Shown here: positions 1 through 13,576 of the stretch, piece after piece
How positions within the stretch are numbered: position 1 is the stretch's first letter
How the letters are laid out: every line of letters begins with the position of its first letter
Position numbers and translations under genes: made by a program
Origin: the human T2T-CHM13v2.0 reference genome, Homo sapiens
Length of the DNA: 64,000 bases
Direction: 5' to 3' (one strand)
NCBI RefSeq assembly: GCF_009914755.1
Contig: NC_060932.1
The notes under the pieces: model-generated
What the model was told of the DNA's origin: nothing
Databases searched by the model: none
What the model saw: the letters and a program-made list of their open reading frames with translations, nothing else

Positions 1-2926
1 CAGCATTTAGCAGTGAGATACTGTGAATTATAATAAAAGGATCCCCAAGTTCTTCATTAAACATAATCTACAAAACAAAATTACACACACAAAAAAGTGT
101 ACATAATTACATGAACACAGATAGCATAGAGGGAATATATAGGATTCTGGTGATTCAACAGTTATTTTGGATACTATTTATTACAAGAAATTTGAAAATA
201 AAAAGGCCTTTACATAAAGACTGCAAGTTTAGATAATGTTCCCTGAGGACAGAACTTTTAAGAAAATATTTATTTGTATAAGAAAAAAACTGATCATTAG
301 TCTTGGCTACCTTGCTTCCTCTCAGTTTCTAGATATTGTATATGAGTGTGCATGTGTGTATGCCTTTTTCCTGTTTTTTGTTTGTTATTTATTCTCTGGA
401 AGTTTACAAAGGCAAGAGTCAAAAACATTGAAGAATAAATCACCAAAACATGTTTTTTCTCAAAAACAAAAGAGCCTATTAGCATTTAAGAATAAGTTAA
501 CAAACTCTATTTAAAATAATCCTAAAGTGTTTTTTGAAAAGCAAAAAAGCATCATATAAAAACACACAAAATCTTGTCTAAGCATCATACAGAAACACAC
601 AAAATCTTATCAAATTCTTTCTTATACCACAAACACAAGATCTCAACAACTATTACATTTTTAAGACTAAATACAAAATAGAGAAGGTTTTAAGGCTGCT
701 TCCTAAACAAGATTTCCAAATAAGATATGGACAGTTGAGAAAAAGCCTAACTGAAAAAAAGGTAGCTTTAAAAAACAAAAACAAAAAACAAAAAACAAAA
801 CCTGTACCTGGTATCCCCACATATCTACTTCTACTTGAAAACCTTACAAAGAAAAATGTGCTTTAATGTCATCAAGTTCCCTATGTATTTGAACATCTGC
901 CAAAATCATTCAAGTAATGGGCCTTCAGAATCCATTCTTAAGATTTCCATAAACAGAAAAAACAAAAGCTTAAAAAAAATCCTTAAATATTCAAAACAGA
1001 GATGACAGATGAAGGCAGGTTTTTATTGGTTGATTGGGTTTTGCTTTTGTTTGAGGAATAGGGGAAACAAAACGGAAGAACAGAAAATGACAAGTTTTGG
1101 CAGGAACAAGTAGCTAGTTTATTGTTTCTTTTTTTCTTTCTAGTATGAGTGAAAGGAACTGTAATGAAACCAGAAGAGTAGATGGCGTACTTTTAAAAAT
1201 TGTTAGGCTGAAGTTTCTAGTTTTCTGAACAAGCCCAGCATCTAAACTGTGATACCGTTGATACATGGCACTTCCATGGTATTAGAGGCAACACATTTGG
1301 AAAGCAAGCTGTCTCCTTTAATTTCTCTTTTTAAACTTCAGTAATCACCACCACCACCCTTGGCCCCCTTACCCCCCACCATGCTCCGTAATCACTTCTA
1401 CTTTTAGCTTCTCTGTTATATTAATTACCCTAAAGTCCTAAAACCCTCCTGAATTGTTTCTTAAAGTGACCAATATTCCACAGTATCCCTCCCACCTCAA
1501 TTAATCCCCAAGTCTCCTCCCTCTCCCACCAGTATCTAGTCAAAACTATTATTAGCTGAAAACATCTCTGAAGGGAGCTTATTTCATTAGGGCAGTATAT
1601 GCTAAAGAAGGCACAAGGTAGAATTAAGTTTTTAAATTTATTTAAAAGATACTATTGAAGTCTTAATACACGCCAAGGGGATACACAAAACAAAACCAAA
1701 AGAAGTATAAGCCCATATGAAATAATGTGTGGTATTATTTTTAAGATGAAAGTGAGCCAAGTAGGTTTGTCCTGTTCAAAATCTACAGAATCCATACAGC
1801 TCAATACCAGATAAATTCCCACTCATATCTCTCCTGCGCATTATTCTCAAAATACCTTCCAACTGTTTCAGGTAGCTGTGCTACATACCACATTACTTCT
1901 GTTTTTCAGAAAAATGAAAGTTGTTACTAAAGGCCAAAACAGAAATTGCCACAGTATCCAATGAATATCTGAAACTGTGAATGCAACAGGCTCTTGTAAA
2001 TAGGCTACTGCTGTTCTGGTTATTTACTGTGTATTTTGAACATACTATAATTTGGTAGTATAACATTTAGTATAACTTAGTAAGGTAGGTAAACCATTTG
2101 GTTCTAAGACCTAACTGGTTTTTCTCAAGTAATTAAAGCCTGGTCTCTGTAGGCATCTGTTGGTCAGATGAAATTATTTTATAAGACATAAATATATTAA
2201 GCTCGCATCTCTTTATTTACCCAGAACTAAAGGCTACCTACAGAGATTCAGACAGTAGCAATATTACAATACACTTATTAGCATAACTCAAAGGAGCTGA
2301 AGCAGTAAACTAAATCTTTTGATTATCTACTTGGCATCATTTTCTTCTGTTTTCAAAAACTGTAGTTCTAGAGAAATTAATTCCTTATTTATTACTATTA
2401 AAACCCTAAACTACCCTTTAGATTTATATCTAATTTTTAAAATTAAAGTAAAAATGTTGTCTTGGAAATTGGCATATAACTATATATTTATATCATGTAT
2501 TTTTCTAAGTAGAGAATATTCTGGTAATCTGACTACTATTTGACCAATGTAAACATCCCAGCAAATCTAACATAATGGCAGAGGAGAAAATCATCCTAAC
2601 ATAAGCTTTTGGTCAACTCTTCTTCAAGAAGGAGGAGGCAACGCCAATGCTTAATGAAGTACTCTACGCATATAAGATGTCTGCTGAAAAATGAATGCAA
2701 TTCTTGACAACTGCACTGACTCCAGATCAAAACAGGAGTGGTTAATGTAACAGTTTGTGAAAAATATATATGTTATAATTTAGTTAAAAAGAGATCCAAA
2801 ACATTATATATCAAACAAACAACAGATCACATGTAAACCATCCTTGAAAAGTGTCATTTTAAAATAAGTAGGGTGTAATTTACATATACTTTCTGGACTT
2901 CGCATAAGTCTTAAACAAACCCTCAC

Positions 2927-3112
2927 CTCCCATTTTTCAGAAGCGCTATTTCCACGTTCACCTGTTCCAATGACATACAATCTTCCAGTTCCATCTGACA
3001 AGGTAACCCAGGTAGAAGATGAGAAATGGATAGATGCACAAAGACGGTTGTCACATGCTGTCAAATCTGTAGGAAGTCGAAACACCTCTCGTGGTTTTCC
3101 TAAGGCAGTGTC
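2927..3112 (-). CDS. NUDCD1: NUDCD1 coding exon 3 (186 nt, DTALGKPREVFRLPTDLTACDNRLCASIHFSSSTWVTLSDGTGRLYVIGTGERGNSASEKWE); gene continues beyond window start
   Basis: Minus-strand acceptor ctttttag|GAC and donor GAG|gtgagg; phase 0 joins exon 2 in frame; peptide recognised as NudC domain-containing protein 1. Confidence 0.95.
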
Positions 3113-3179
3113 CTAAAAAGACCAAACATTATACATTAATCTCTTCCTCTTCACTGATCCACACACACAAAATAAATAT

Positions 3180-3700
3180 CTGCGGTGTGGTGGTTTCTCT
3201 CCTTTTTAAGAGTTGGAGTCTAATTCCTCTTCCTTTGATGTGAGCTGTCCTACTGATTCAGTTTTAACAAAAATATACAGTAGATGTGACAGATGGCATA
3301 TGACTTCTAGAACTAGGTCATAAAAGACTTTACATCTTCTACTTCACTCTCTCTCTTGGATCACACATTCTGAGGGTGGCTAGCTACCATGCTATGAATA
3401 TGCTTAAGGTAGCCCCATGGACAGACCCACATGGGGAGGAAATGATGGCTCTTGCCAACAATCAGCATTCCATGAGTTAATCATTTCGAAAATGTATCCT
3501 TTAGTCCTAGTCAAGGCTTCAGATGACTGCAGCCCTGGCTATCGTTTTGGCTATAAACTCATGAAAAAATCATGAGCCAGACCACCCACCTGAACTACTC
3601 CCTGATTTCTGACCACAGAAACTGTGTGATATGGTAAGTGGTTATTGTTTCAAGTCACTAAGTTTTGAAGTTGTCGTATGACAGAAAACTAATACAATGC
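3180..3700 (+). mobile_element. MaLR LTR (MLT1-type), degraded
   Basis: Typical MLT1 motifs (ttcagatgactgcagccctgg, cacagaaactgtg, aagtcactaagttttg, aactaataca end). Confidence 0.65.
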
Positions 3701-3905
3701 AGTAATCTAGTTTTCATTCTCTTAATTTTAGAGTTAAAGATCAGTATTTTTAACTCACTAGTTAGAAATACCACATCATGTTCAAAATGCCTACAGAGAC
3801 ACCAGTCTGCGGTATGAAAACACTACATTTAGCCTACTATGAATCTAGGTTTTTGTTAACAAATTTTAATTGGTCTATGTACTTATAATGTAAAGTTATG
3901 AGTTG

Positions 3906-4299
3906 CTGCTAGGGTTTGAATGTGGTATCCTCCCCAAAAGCTGAGTTAAAACCTAATCACCAAAGTGATGTTACTAGAAGTTAGGGCTTCTGATCATTAG
4001 GGCTCCACACTGGTGATTGGGATTAAGTAACCTTGGAGAAGGGACTGAAAGAGGGAGTTTGTCTCTTTTTCCCCCTCCGCCTTCTGTCATGTGAGGACGT
4101 ATTATGCCTCCTTTCTGGAGGATGCAATGTTCAAGGCATCATCTTAGAAGCAGAGACTGAACCCTTACCAGACACCAAACCTGCCAGTACCTGGATCTTG
4201 GAATTCTCAGCTCCAGAACTCAGAGAAATAAATTTCTGTTCTTTATAAATTACCAATTCTCAGGTATTTTGTTACAGCAGCACAAATGGACTACAACAG
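3906..4299 (+). mobile_element. MaLR LTR (MST/MLT1A-type)
   Basis: tgctagggtttgaatgt start; aataaatttctgttctttataaattacc and cagcacaaatggactacaaca end. Confidence 0.7.
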
Positions 4300-7200
4300 T
4301 TACATCATTAAAATGTTTTACAAGAGAATATATTTTTAAAGGTCTATAATTTAGAAGATAAACTTCCTCTCATATACCAAACTGCATTCAAATTCAACCA
4401 TTTGTTTTTCTTGCTAAACTTTACAAGTTTTTCTATAGGAGAAAAGTAATCCTTTATATCCATATTTCATTACTTTCTCCTAGAACTTAGATCTATATAT
4501 GCTATAATATTTAAGTAAACTGTATACAATGTCCTTACTGGCCACAAAATTTTTGGTGACCCATTTTTTCTTTCTAAAGCACCTAATTTAGCTTTCTCCG
4601 AAACAGCACCTTTCCTTCCTTTCATATTTTACTGCTTTATATAATATTAAATTAAATAATAAATACTCAATGGCAAGCAGAGCTCACATTAAGTTTGTAG
4701 AATGATCAAATCTGAGTATCAGTGATCTAAAACCACAAGCAAGAAACAGAATCATACCAGCATAGTATTAAGTAGCCTATTAGTAGTAAACATCAAGCTT
4801 ACTGTGGTCTTCCATCAGTATGTTTTACAGAGAGAACAGAGACTATCAATTAACCCATTTGGTCTGTTAAGTGGAGGTCAATTAAGATAAATTTTACTGT
4901 AGGTCACATCATTTAGAGCATGATGTGGTATTTCCAGTTAGTGAAATAAAAAGAAAACAGACTAGTCCACAAATGCTACTGGGACACCAGAGAACTTCTG
5001 GGAAAAAATTAAACTTATTCTCTCCCTCATATCGTAAACAAAAATATTCCATATTCCAGTAGATCAAGTGTCTAAGTGTGTTAAAGGAAAAGGAAAATAA
5101 TACTGTTCTTATAATCTCAGGATAGAAAAAGTCTTTCTACATGTAAATAAAAGGCATGTAAGAGAAAGGGAGACAAGTATTTGTCATAAATATAACCCAG
5201 GGCTAATATGTATAACATAAAAAAAGCCCTTAAAACTTAACAAGAAACATGATTATTTAAAATGTTTAGGGGGATGGGCAGATCATGACAGACGGGAGGC
5301 AGGACTAAATTGCAGCTCCAACTCTGATGGACAGAGCAGCCTGTGGAGCCTCGCATCATGATTTTTTGCTCCAGAATGACTGCAGGAATAAATCAGGAAA
5401 GCCGAGAGAACCCGCAGACCCTCTGAAGGAAGTGGATTGCTCCTACAGGACCCGGGAGACACCCCAAATACTGTGAGTACCCAAACTGTGGAAGTAGGAA
5501 AGAGAGACCCCTCAAACACACACCCCCACTTGGAACCTGAAGGTCTAGGTTATGGGAGAAGATTCTGACCTTACCTGGAACTGAGTCACTTGAGAGAGCT
5601 GAGCAAAACACAGGGGTAGAGGAAGCAGCAGGGAAAGCCCTGTCAGCTCGCTGGGTTCCCTAACAAACCATTTCTGCCTGTCCTCACAGGGGTCCTTCGG
5701 GAGGGCAGCCAGAGGCACCGGGCAAAGGCCACAGGGAAAAGGAAATCGCCAGCTGAACTTTGTAACACTTTGAACTGATGGAGAAGTCTCCTTCCCAGAA
5801 CTCAGGGAAGGGTGTGAATCTGGTGGGCAGACTCCACAGGCAGGCAAAGAAGGAAAGCCATATTTGCTTTTGCAGCTGGGAGACAGGTAGCCTGGGGCAA
5901 GTTCTCAGCCCTGCTTGCCCACTACCTGGAAACAGACTTGGTGCTGTTGGCAAAGGCATGTTGGGAGTGAGACAGGCCCCTCGGATTGCATGGGAATTGG
6001 GTGAGGCCTGTAACTGCTGGTTCTCCCCCACTTCCCTGAACAATCTGCAAGACTCAGCAGAGGCAGCCATAATCCTCCTAGGAACATAACTCCATTGACC
6101 TGGAAACCTCACCCCCATCCCCCACAGCAGCTGTGGCAAGAAATGCCCAAGGAGAGCCTGAGCTCAGACACGCCTAGCCCTGCCCCCACCCAATGGTCCT
6201 TCCCTACCCACCTTGGGAACTCTAGACAAAAGGCATATACTCTTGGGAGTTCTACAGCCCCATCCACTGTGTGTTCCTCCCCATACTACCACAGCTGATG
6301 CTCTCTGGAAAGCACCACCTCCTAATAGAGAGCAAACCAGCACAAAAATAGCGCATTAAATCACCAAAGCTAAGAATCCTCACAGAGTCCATTTCACCCC
6401 GCTGACACCTCCACAAGGACAGGTGCTGGTATCCATGGCTGAGAGACCCACAAATGGTACACAACACAGGACTCTGTGCAGACAACCCCAGTACCAGCCT
6501 GGAGCCTGGTAGACTTGCTGGGTGGCTAGATCCAAAACAGAGATAACAATCACTACAGCTCGGCTCTCAGGAGGACACATCCATAGGAAAAGGGGGAGAC
6601 TACTACGTCAAGGGAACACCATGGGACAAAAGAATCTGAACAACAGCCTTGAGCCCTAGACTTTCCCTCTGATAGAGCCTACCCAAATAAGAAGGAATCA
6701 GAAAATCAAGTCTGGTAATATGACAAAACAAGGTTCTTTAACACCCTCCGAAAATCACAATAGTTCACCAGCATTGAATCCAAACCCAGAAGAAATTCCT
6801 GATTTACCTGAAAAAGAATTCAGGAGGTCAGTTATTAAGCTAATCAGGGAGGCATCAGAGAAAGGCAAAGCCCAACGTAAGGAAACAAAAAAAAATGATA
6901 CAAGAAGTGAAAGGGGAAATATTCAATGAAATAGCATAAATAAAAAACAATCAAAACTTTAGGAAACAATGGACACACTTACAGAAATCCAAAATGCTCT
7001 GGAAAGTCTCAGCAATAGAATCAAACAAGTAGAAGAAAGAAATTCAGAGCTCGAAGACAAGGTCTTTGAATTAACCCCATCCAACAAAGACAATGGAAAA
7101 ATAATAAGAAAATATGAACACTCCTCCAAGAAGTCTGGGATTATGTTAAATGACCAAACCTAAGAACAATCGGCATTCCTGTGGAAGAAGAGAAATCTGA

Positions 7201-7619
7201 AAGTTTGGAAAACATATTTGGGGGAATAATCGAGGTAAACTTCCCCAGCCTTGCTAGATACCTAGACATCCAAATACAAGAAGCACAAAGAACATCTGGG
7301 AAATTCACTGCAAAAAAATCATCGCCTAGGCACATTGTCATCAAGCTATCTAAAGTTAAGGTGAAGGAAAGAATCTTAAGAGCTGTGAGACAAAAGAACC
7401 AAGTAACCTATAAAGAAAAACCTGTCAGATTAACAGCAGATTTGTCAGCTGAAGCCCTACAAGCTAGAAGGGATTGGGGCCCTATCTTCAGTCTTCTCAA
7501 ACAAAACAATTATCAAGCAAGAATTTTGTATCCAGTGAAACAAAGCTTCATATATGAAGGAAAGACACAGTCTTCTTCAGACAAACAAATGCCAAGAGAA
7601 TTCACCACTACCAAGCCAC

Positions 7620-8040
7620 TGTCAGGTCTCTGAGCCCAAGCTAAGCCATCATATCCCCTGTGACCTGCACGTATGCATCCAGATGGCCTGAAACAACTGA
7701 AGATCCACAAAAGAAGTGAGAATAGTCTTAACTGATGACATTCCACCACTGTGATTTGTTCCTGCCCCACCCTAACTGATAGGATATATTCTCCCCGATC
7801 CTTAAGAAGGTACTTTGTAATATTCTCCCCCCGCCCTTAAGAAGGTACTTTGTAATATTCTCTCCGCCCTTAAGAATGTACTTTGTACACCTATCCCAAA
7901 CCTTAAGAACTAATGATAATCCCACCACCCCTTGCTGACTCCTTTTTCGGACTCAGCTCGCCTGCACCCAGGTGAAATAAACAGCCTTGTTGTTCACACA
8001 AAGCCTGTTTGGTGGTCTCTTTACACAGATGCGCCAGACA
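7620..8040 (+). repeat. HERV-H 5' LTR (LTR7B/LTR7C type-II-like)
   Basis: TGTCAGG.CTCTGAGCCCAAG start; three copies of the ccttaagaa(g/t)gtactttgta repeat; AATAAA near 3' end. Confidence 0.9.
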
Positions 8041-9478
8041 TTTGGTGCCGAAGACCCGGGACAGGAGGACTCCTTTGGGAGACCAGTCCTCTGTCCTCTC
8101 CCTCACTCCGTGAGGAGATCCACCTACGACCTCGGGTCCTCAGACCAACCAGCCCAAGGAACATCTCACCAATTTCAAATGGGGTAAGCGGCCTTTCTAC
8201 TCTCTTCTCCAGCCTCTCTTGCTACCCTTCAATCTCCCTCTCTTACTACCCTTCAATCTCCCTGTCCTTCCAATTCCAGCTCTTTGTCCTCTCTAATAGA
8301 GACAAAAGAGACACATTTTATCCATGGACCCAAAACTCCAGCACCAGTCATGGACTCGGGAAGACAGTCTTCCCTTGGTGTTTAATCACTGCAGGGACAC
8401 CTGCCTGATTATTCACCCACACTCCATTGGTGTCTGATCACTGCGGGGATGCCTGCCTTGGTCATTCACCAACATTCCTTTGGTGGCAAGTCAAGTGCGG
8501 GGATGCCTGCTTTGGCTGCTTGCCCACATTGCAGCCCAGGGCTGCTCACTACCTCCCTTCTCCCTGTCTCTACCCTCTCTTTTCTCTGGGCTTGCCTCCT
8601 TCACTATGGGCAACCTTCCACCCTCCATTCCTCCTTTTTCTCCCTTAGCCTGTGTTCTTAAAAACTTAAAATCTCTTCAACTCACACCTGACCTGAAACC
8701 TAAGCATCTTATTTTCTTCTGCAACATCGCCTGGCCCCAATACAAACTAAACAATGATTCTAAATAGCCAGAAAACAGCACTTTTGATTCCTCCATCATA
8801 CAAGATCTAGATAATTCTTCTCATAAAATGGGCAAATGGTCTGTGGTGCCTGATGTCCAGGCATTCTTTTACACATCGGTCCCTTCCTAATCTCTGCTCC
8901 CAATGAGACTCATCCCAAATCTTTCTTCTTTCTCTGCTGTCTGTTCCTTCAGTCTCCACCCCAAGCTCTGAGTCCTGGGAATCCTCCTTTTCTACAGACC
9001 CATCTGACCTCTCCCCTCCTCCCCAGGCTGTGCCTCGCCAGGCCAAGCCAGGTCCCAACTCTTCTTCAGCCTCCACTCCCCCACCCTATAACCCTCCTAT
9101 TACCTCCCCTCCTTACACCAGGTCTGGCTTAGTTTCGTTCTGTGACTAGCCCTCCCCCACCTGCCCAACGATTTCCTCTTAGAGGTGGCTGGAGATGAAG
9201 GCATAGCCAAGGTTAATGCTCCTCTTTCTTTATAAGACATCTCCCAAATCAGTTAGCATTTAGGCTCTTTTTCATCAAATATGAAACCCAGCCCAGTCCA
9301 TGGCCCGTTTGGCAACAACCCTCAGACGCTTTACCGCCCTAGACCCAGAGGGGCCAGAAGGCTGTCTTATTCTCAATATGCATTTTATTACCCAACCCAC
9401 TCCCTACATTAAAAAGTTCCAAAAATTAGATTCTGGCCCTCAACCCCACAACAGGACTTAAATGACCTCGCTTTCAAG

Positions 9479-10115
9479 ATGTACAATAATAAAGAAGAGT
9501 TGCAATTACTCGCCTCCACTGTGAGAGAAACCCCAGCCACATTTCCAGCACACCAAAACTTCAAAAAGCCTAAACTGCAGGGGCCAGGTGTTCCTCCAGG
9601 ACCGCCTCCCCAAGGATCTTGCTTCAAGTGCTGGAAATCTAGCCACTGGGCCAAGGAAAGCCCGCAGCCTGGGATTCCTCCTAAGCTGTCTCCCATCTGT
9701 GTGGGACCCCACTGGAAATCGGACTGTCCTACTCGCCCAGCAGCCACTCCCAGAGCCCCTGGAACTCTGGCCCAAGGCTCTCTGACTGACTCCTTCCCAG
9801 ATCTTCTCAGCTTAGTGGCTGAAGACTAACACTGCCCGATCGCCTTGGAAGCCTACAGGACCATCACAGACACTTTGGGTAACTCTTACACTGGAGGGTA
9901 AGTCTGTCCCCTTCTTCATCAATATGGAGGCCACCCACTCCACATTACCTTCTTTTCAAGGTCCTGTTTCCCTTGCCTCCATAACTGTTGTGAGTATTGA
10001 CGGCCAGGCTTCTAAACCTCTTAAAACTCCCCAACTCTCATGCCAATTTGGACAACATTATTTTATGCACTCCTTGTTAGTTATCCTCACCTGCCCCGCT
10101 CCCTTATTAGGTTGA
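9479..10115 (+). pseudogene. HERV-H gag NC zinc knuckles and protease remnant
   Basis: CFKCWKSSHWAKES (last Cys lost) and PICVGPHWKSDC; protease active-site region reads INMEATHS (no catalytic Asp). Confidence 0.8.
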
Positions 10116-10919
10116 GACATTTTAACTAAATTATCTGCTTCCCTGACTATTCCTAGGCTACAGCCACCCCTCATTGCCACCTTTTTCCCCAGTTAAAAGC
10201 CTCCTTCACATCCTCCCCTTGTATCTCCCCACCTTAATCCACAAGTATAGGACACCTCTACTCCCTCCTTGGCAACCGATCACGCAACCCTTACCATCCC
10301 ATTAAAACCTAATCACCCTTACCTCGCTCAATGCCAATATCCCATCCTACAGCACACTTTAAAATGATTAAAGCCTGTTATCACTCGCCTGCTACAGCAT
10401 GGCCTTTTAAAGTCTATAAACTCTCCTTACGATTCCCCCATTTCACCTGTCCAAAAACTGGACAAGTCTTACAGGTTAGTTCAGGATCTGCGCCTTATCA
10501 ACCACCCCATGGTGCCAAAACCATATACTCTCCTATCCTCAATACCTCCCCTCCACAACCCATTATTCTGTTCTAGATAAACCTAGCTGACCCCATAAAT
10601 CCTAAATCCTTTCCCCACTCCCCTTTCCAATCCTTAAAAAACAGCCCTAAAAGCTGCTCCCACACTAGCTCTCCCTAACTCATCCCAACCTTTTTCATTA
10701 CACACAGCTGAAGTGCAGGGGTGTGTGACTGGAACTCTTACACAAGAGCCGGGACCGTGCTGTGTAGCCTTTCTGTCCAAACAACTTGACCTTACTGTTT
10801 TAGGCTAGCCCCCACATTATTCCTGATACCACACCTGACCTCCATGACTGTATCTCTCTGATCCACCTGGCATTCACTCTATTTCCCCATATTTCCTTCT
10901 TTCCTGTCCCTCACTCTGA

Positions 10920-12400
10920 TCACACTTGGTTTATTGATGGCAGTTCCACTAGGCCTAATCACCACTTACCAGCAAAAGCAGGCTATGCTATAGTATCTTC
11001 CACGTCTATCCTTGAGGCTACTGCTCTGCCACCCTCCACTACCTCTCAGCAAGCTGAACTCATTGCCTTAACTCGGGCCCTCACTCTTGCAAAGGCACTA
11101 CGCGTCAATATTTAAAGACTCGAAATATGCCTTCCATATCCTGCACCACCATGCTGTTATATGGGCTGAAAGAGGGTTCCTCTCTACGTAAGGGTCCTCC
11201 ATCATTAATTCCTCTTTAATAAAAACTCTTCTCAAGGCCGCTTTACTTCCAAAGGAAGCTGGAGTCATTCACTGCAAGGGCCATCAAAAGGCATCAGATC
11301 CCATCGCTCAGGGTAACGCTTATGCTGATAATGTAGCTAAAGAAGCAGCCAGCTTCCAACTTCTGTCCCTCAGGGCCAGTTTTTCTCCTCCTCGTTGGTC
11401 ACTCCCACCAACTCCCCCACTGAAACTTCCACCTATCAATCCCTTCCCACACAAGACAAATGGTTCTTGGACCAAGGAAAATATCTCCTTCCAGCCTCAC
11501 AGGCCCATTCTATTCTGTCGTCATTTCATAACCTCTTCCATGTAGGTTACAAGCCACTAGCCCATCTCTTAGAATCTCTCATTTCCTTTCCATCGTGGAA
11601 ATCTATCCTCAAGGAAATCCCTTCTCAGTGTTCCATCTGCTATTCTAGTACTCCTCAGGGATTGTTCAGGCCCCCTCCCTTCCCTACACATCAAGCTTGG
11701 GAATTTGTCTCTGCCCCGGACTGGCAAATTGACTTTACCCACATGCCCCGAGTCAGGAAACTAAAATACCTCTTGGTCTGGGTAGACACTTTCACTGGAT
11801 GGGTAGAAGCCTTTCCCACAGGGTCTGAGAAGGCCACTGTGGTCATTTCTTCCCTTCTGTAAGACATAATTCCTCAGTTTGGCCTTCCCACCTCTATACT
11901 AGCCTTTATTATTCAAACCACCCAAGCAGTTTCTCAGTCTCTTGGTATTCAGTGGAAACTTCATACCCCTTACTGTCCTCAATCTTCAGGAAAAGTAGAA
12001 CGGACTAATGGTCTTTTAAAGACACACCTCACCAAGCTCAGCCTCCAAGTTAAAAAGGACTGGACAGTACTTTTACCTCTTGCCCTTCTCAAAATTAGAG
12101 CCTGTCCTCGAGATACTACAGGGTACAATCCATTTGAACTTTTATATGGATGCAGTTTCTTGCTCGGCCCCAACCTCATCCCAAGCACTAGCCCTCTAAG
12201 CAACTATCTTCCTGTCCTCCAGCAGGACAGACAGGAAATTCACCAGGCTGCTAATCTTATTAAGAATCTGACCCCTCAAATTCTACAACCTTGGTGGACT
12301 GGACCCCACTTAGTCATCTATAGTACCCCAACGGCTGTTCGTCTGCAGGACCCCCGCATTAGGTTCATAGATCCAGAGTAAAGCTGTGCCCGTCAGCCAG
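10920..12400 (+). pseudogene. HERV-H pol RNase H / integrase remnant
   Basis: WFIDGSS, SQQAELIALTRAL, HHCC motif, WQIDFTHMP, VDTFTGWVEAFP; interrupted by stops and frameshifts. Confidence 0.85.
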
Positions 12401-12779
12401 CCAGCCTGATTTCTCCTCTTCCTCCTGGAAGTCGCAAGTACTCCCCCCTACTTCCCTTAAACTCACTCGCATTTCTGAAGAACAGTAATAACCCTTATAA
12501 GCCCAATACATCCCTTCATTCTATTAGGTCTATTTGTCCTTACCCTGCTTTTTGCAACAGGGCTTTATGCAGTCACTCTCACTACTTGGACTGCACCCCG
12601 AAAACTTGTCATCCCTACTATTTCCTGTCTAGTCTTACTCCTACTCACCACTCTCAACTACTCATAAATGCCCTGCCCTTGTTTACATTGCCAGTTTACA
12701 CTTTTCTTCCAAACTATCGTAGTGGATATCCTCTGGTACTAGCCCCAATCCACCACTCTTGACTCCCTCTTGGAGTGGA

Positions 12780-13414
12780 TAGATGCTCTTTGCTGACAGG
12801 TTACACTCCAATACTTTCACCCTGATGAAGTCCTATTCTTTACTTTTATACTCACTCTTATTCTTGTTCCTGTTCTTATGCCACCCTCTACCTCTCCCCA
12901 GCTATCTCTGCCACACTATCAATCTCACTCACTCTCTCCTAGCCGTTTCTAATCCTTCTTTAAGAAACAATTGTTCACTTTGCATTTCTCTTTCCTCCAA
13001 AATCGCCAAGGCCTCTATTTACTCACTGCTAAAAAAAAAGTGGGAATCTGTATATTTTTAAAAGAAGAGTGTTGTTTTTACCTAAATCAATCTTGCGTGG
13101 TATATGACAACATAAAAAAAAAACTCAAGGATAGAGTCCAAAAACTCGCCAACCAAGCAAATAATTATGTTGAACCCCCCCCACCCCCGGACCCCACTGG
13201 ACACTCTAATTGGATGTCCTGGGTCCTCCCAATTCTTAGTCCTTTAATACGTGTTTTCCTCTTTCTTTTATTCAGAGCTTGTGTCTTTCATTTAGTTTCT
13301 CAATTCCTACAAAACCACATTCAGGCCATCACCAATCATTCTATACGACAAATGCTCCTTCTAACAACCCCACAATATCACCCCTTACCCCAACAAAATC
13401 TTTCCTCAGTTTAA
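12780..13414 (+). pseudogene. HERV-H env remnant (signal region fused to TM; SU deleted)
   Basis: LQNRQGLYLLTA immunosuppressive-like motif, CIFLKEECC (CX6CC), hydrophobic TM segment. Confidence 0.8.
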
Positions 13415-13576
13415 TCTCTCCCACTCTATGTTCCCATGCTGCCCCTAATCCCTCTCGAAGCAGCCCTGAGAAACATCGCCCATTATCTCTCCATACCACC
13501 CCCCAAAAATTTTCACCACCCCAACGCTTCACCACTATTTTGTTTTGTTTTTCTTATTAATATAAGAAGACAGGAA

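Noticed and set aside
5283-6580. Cluster of 60-150-aa ORFs on both strands
   Set aside because: All lie in the GC-richer L1PB 5' UTR; no homology recognised
7780-7900. Regularly spaced ~33-nt repeats (CRISPR-like at a glance)
   Set aside because: Tandem U3 repeats of the LTR7 type-II LTR, present in both LTRs, no unique spacers; eukaryotic DNA
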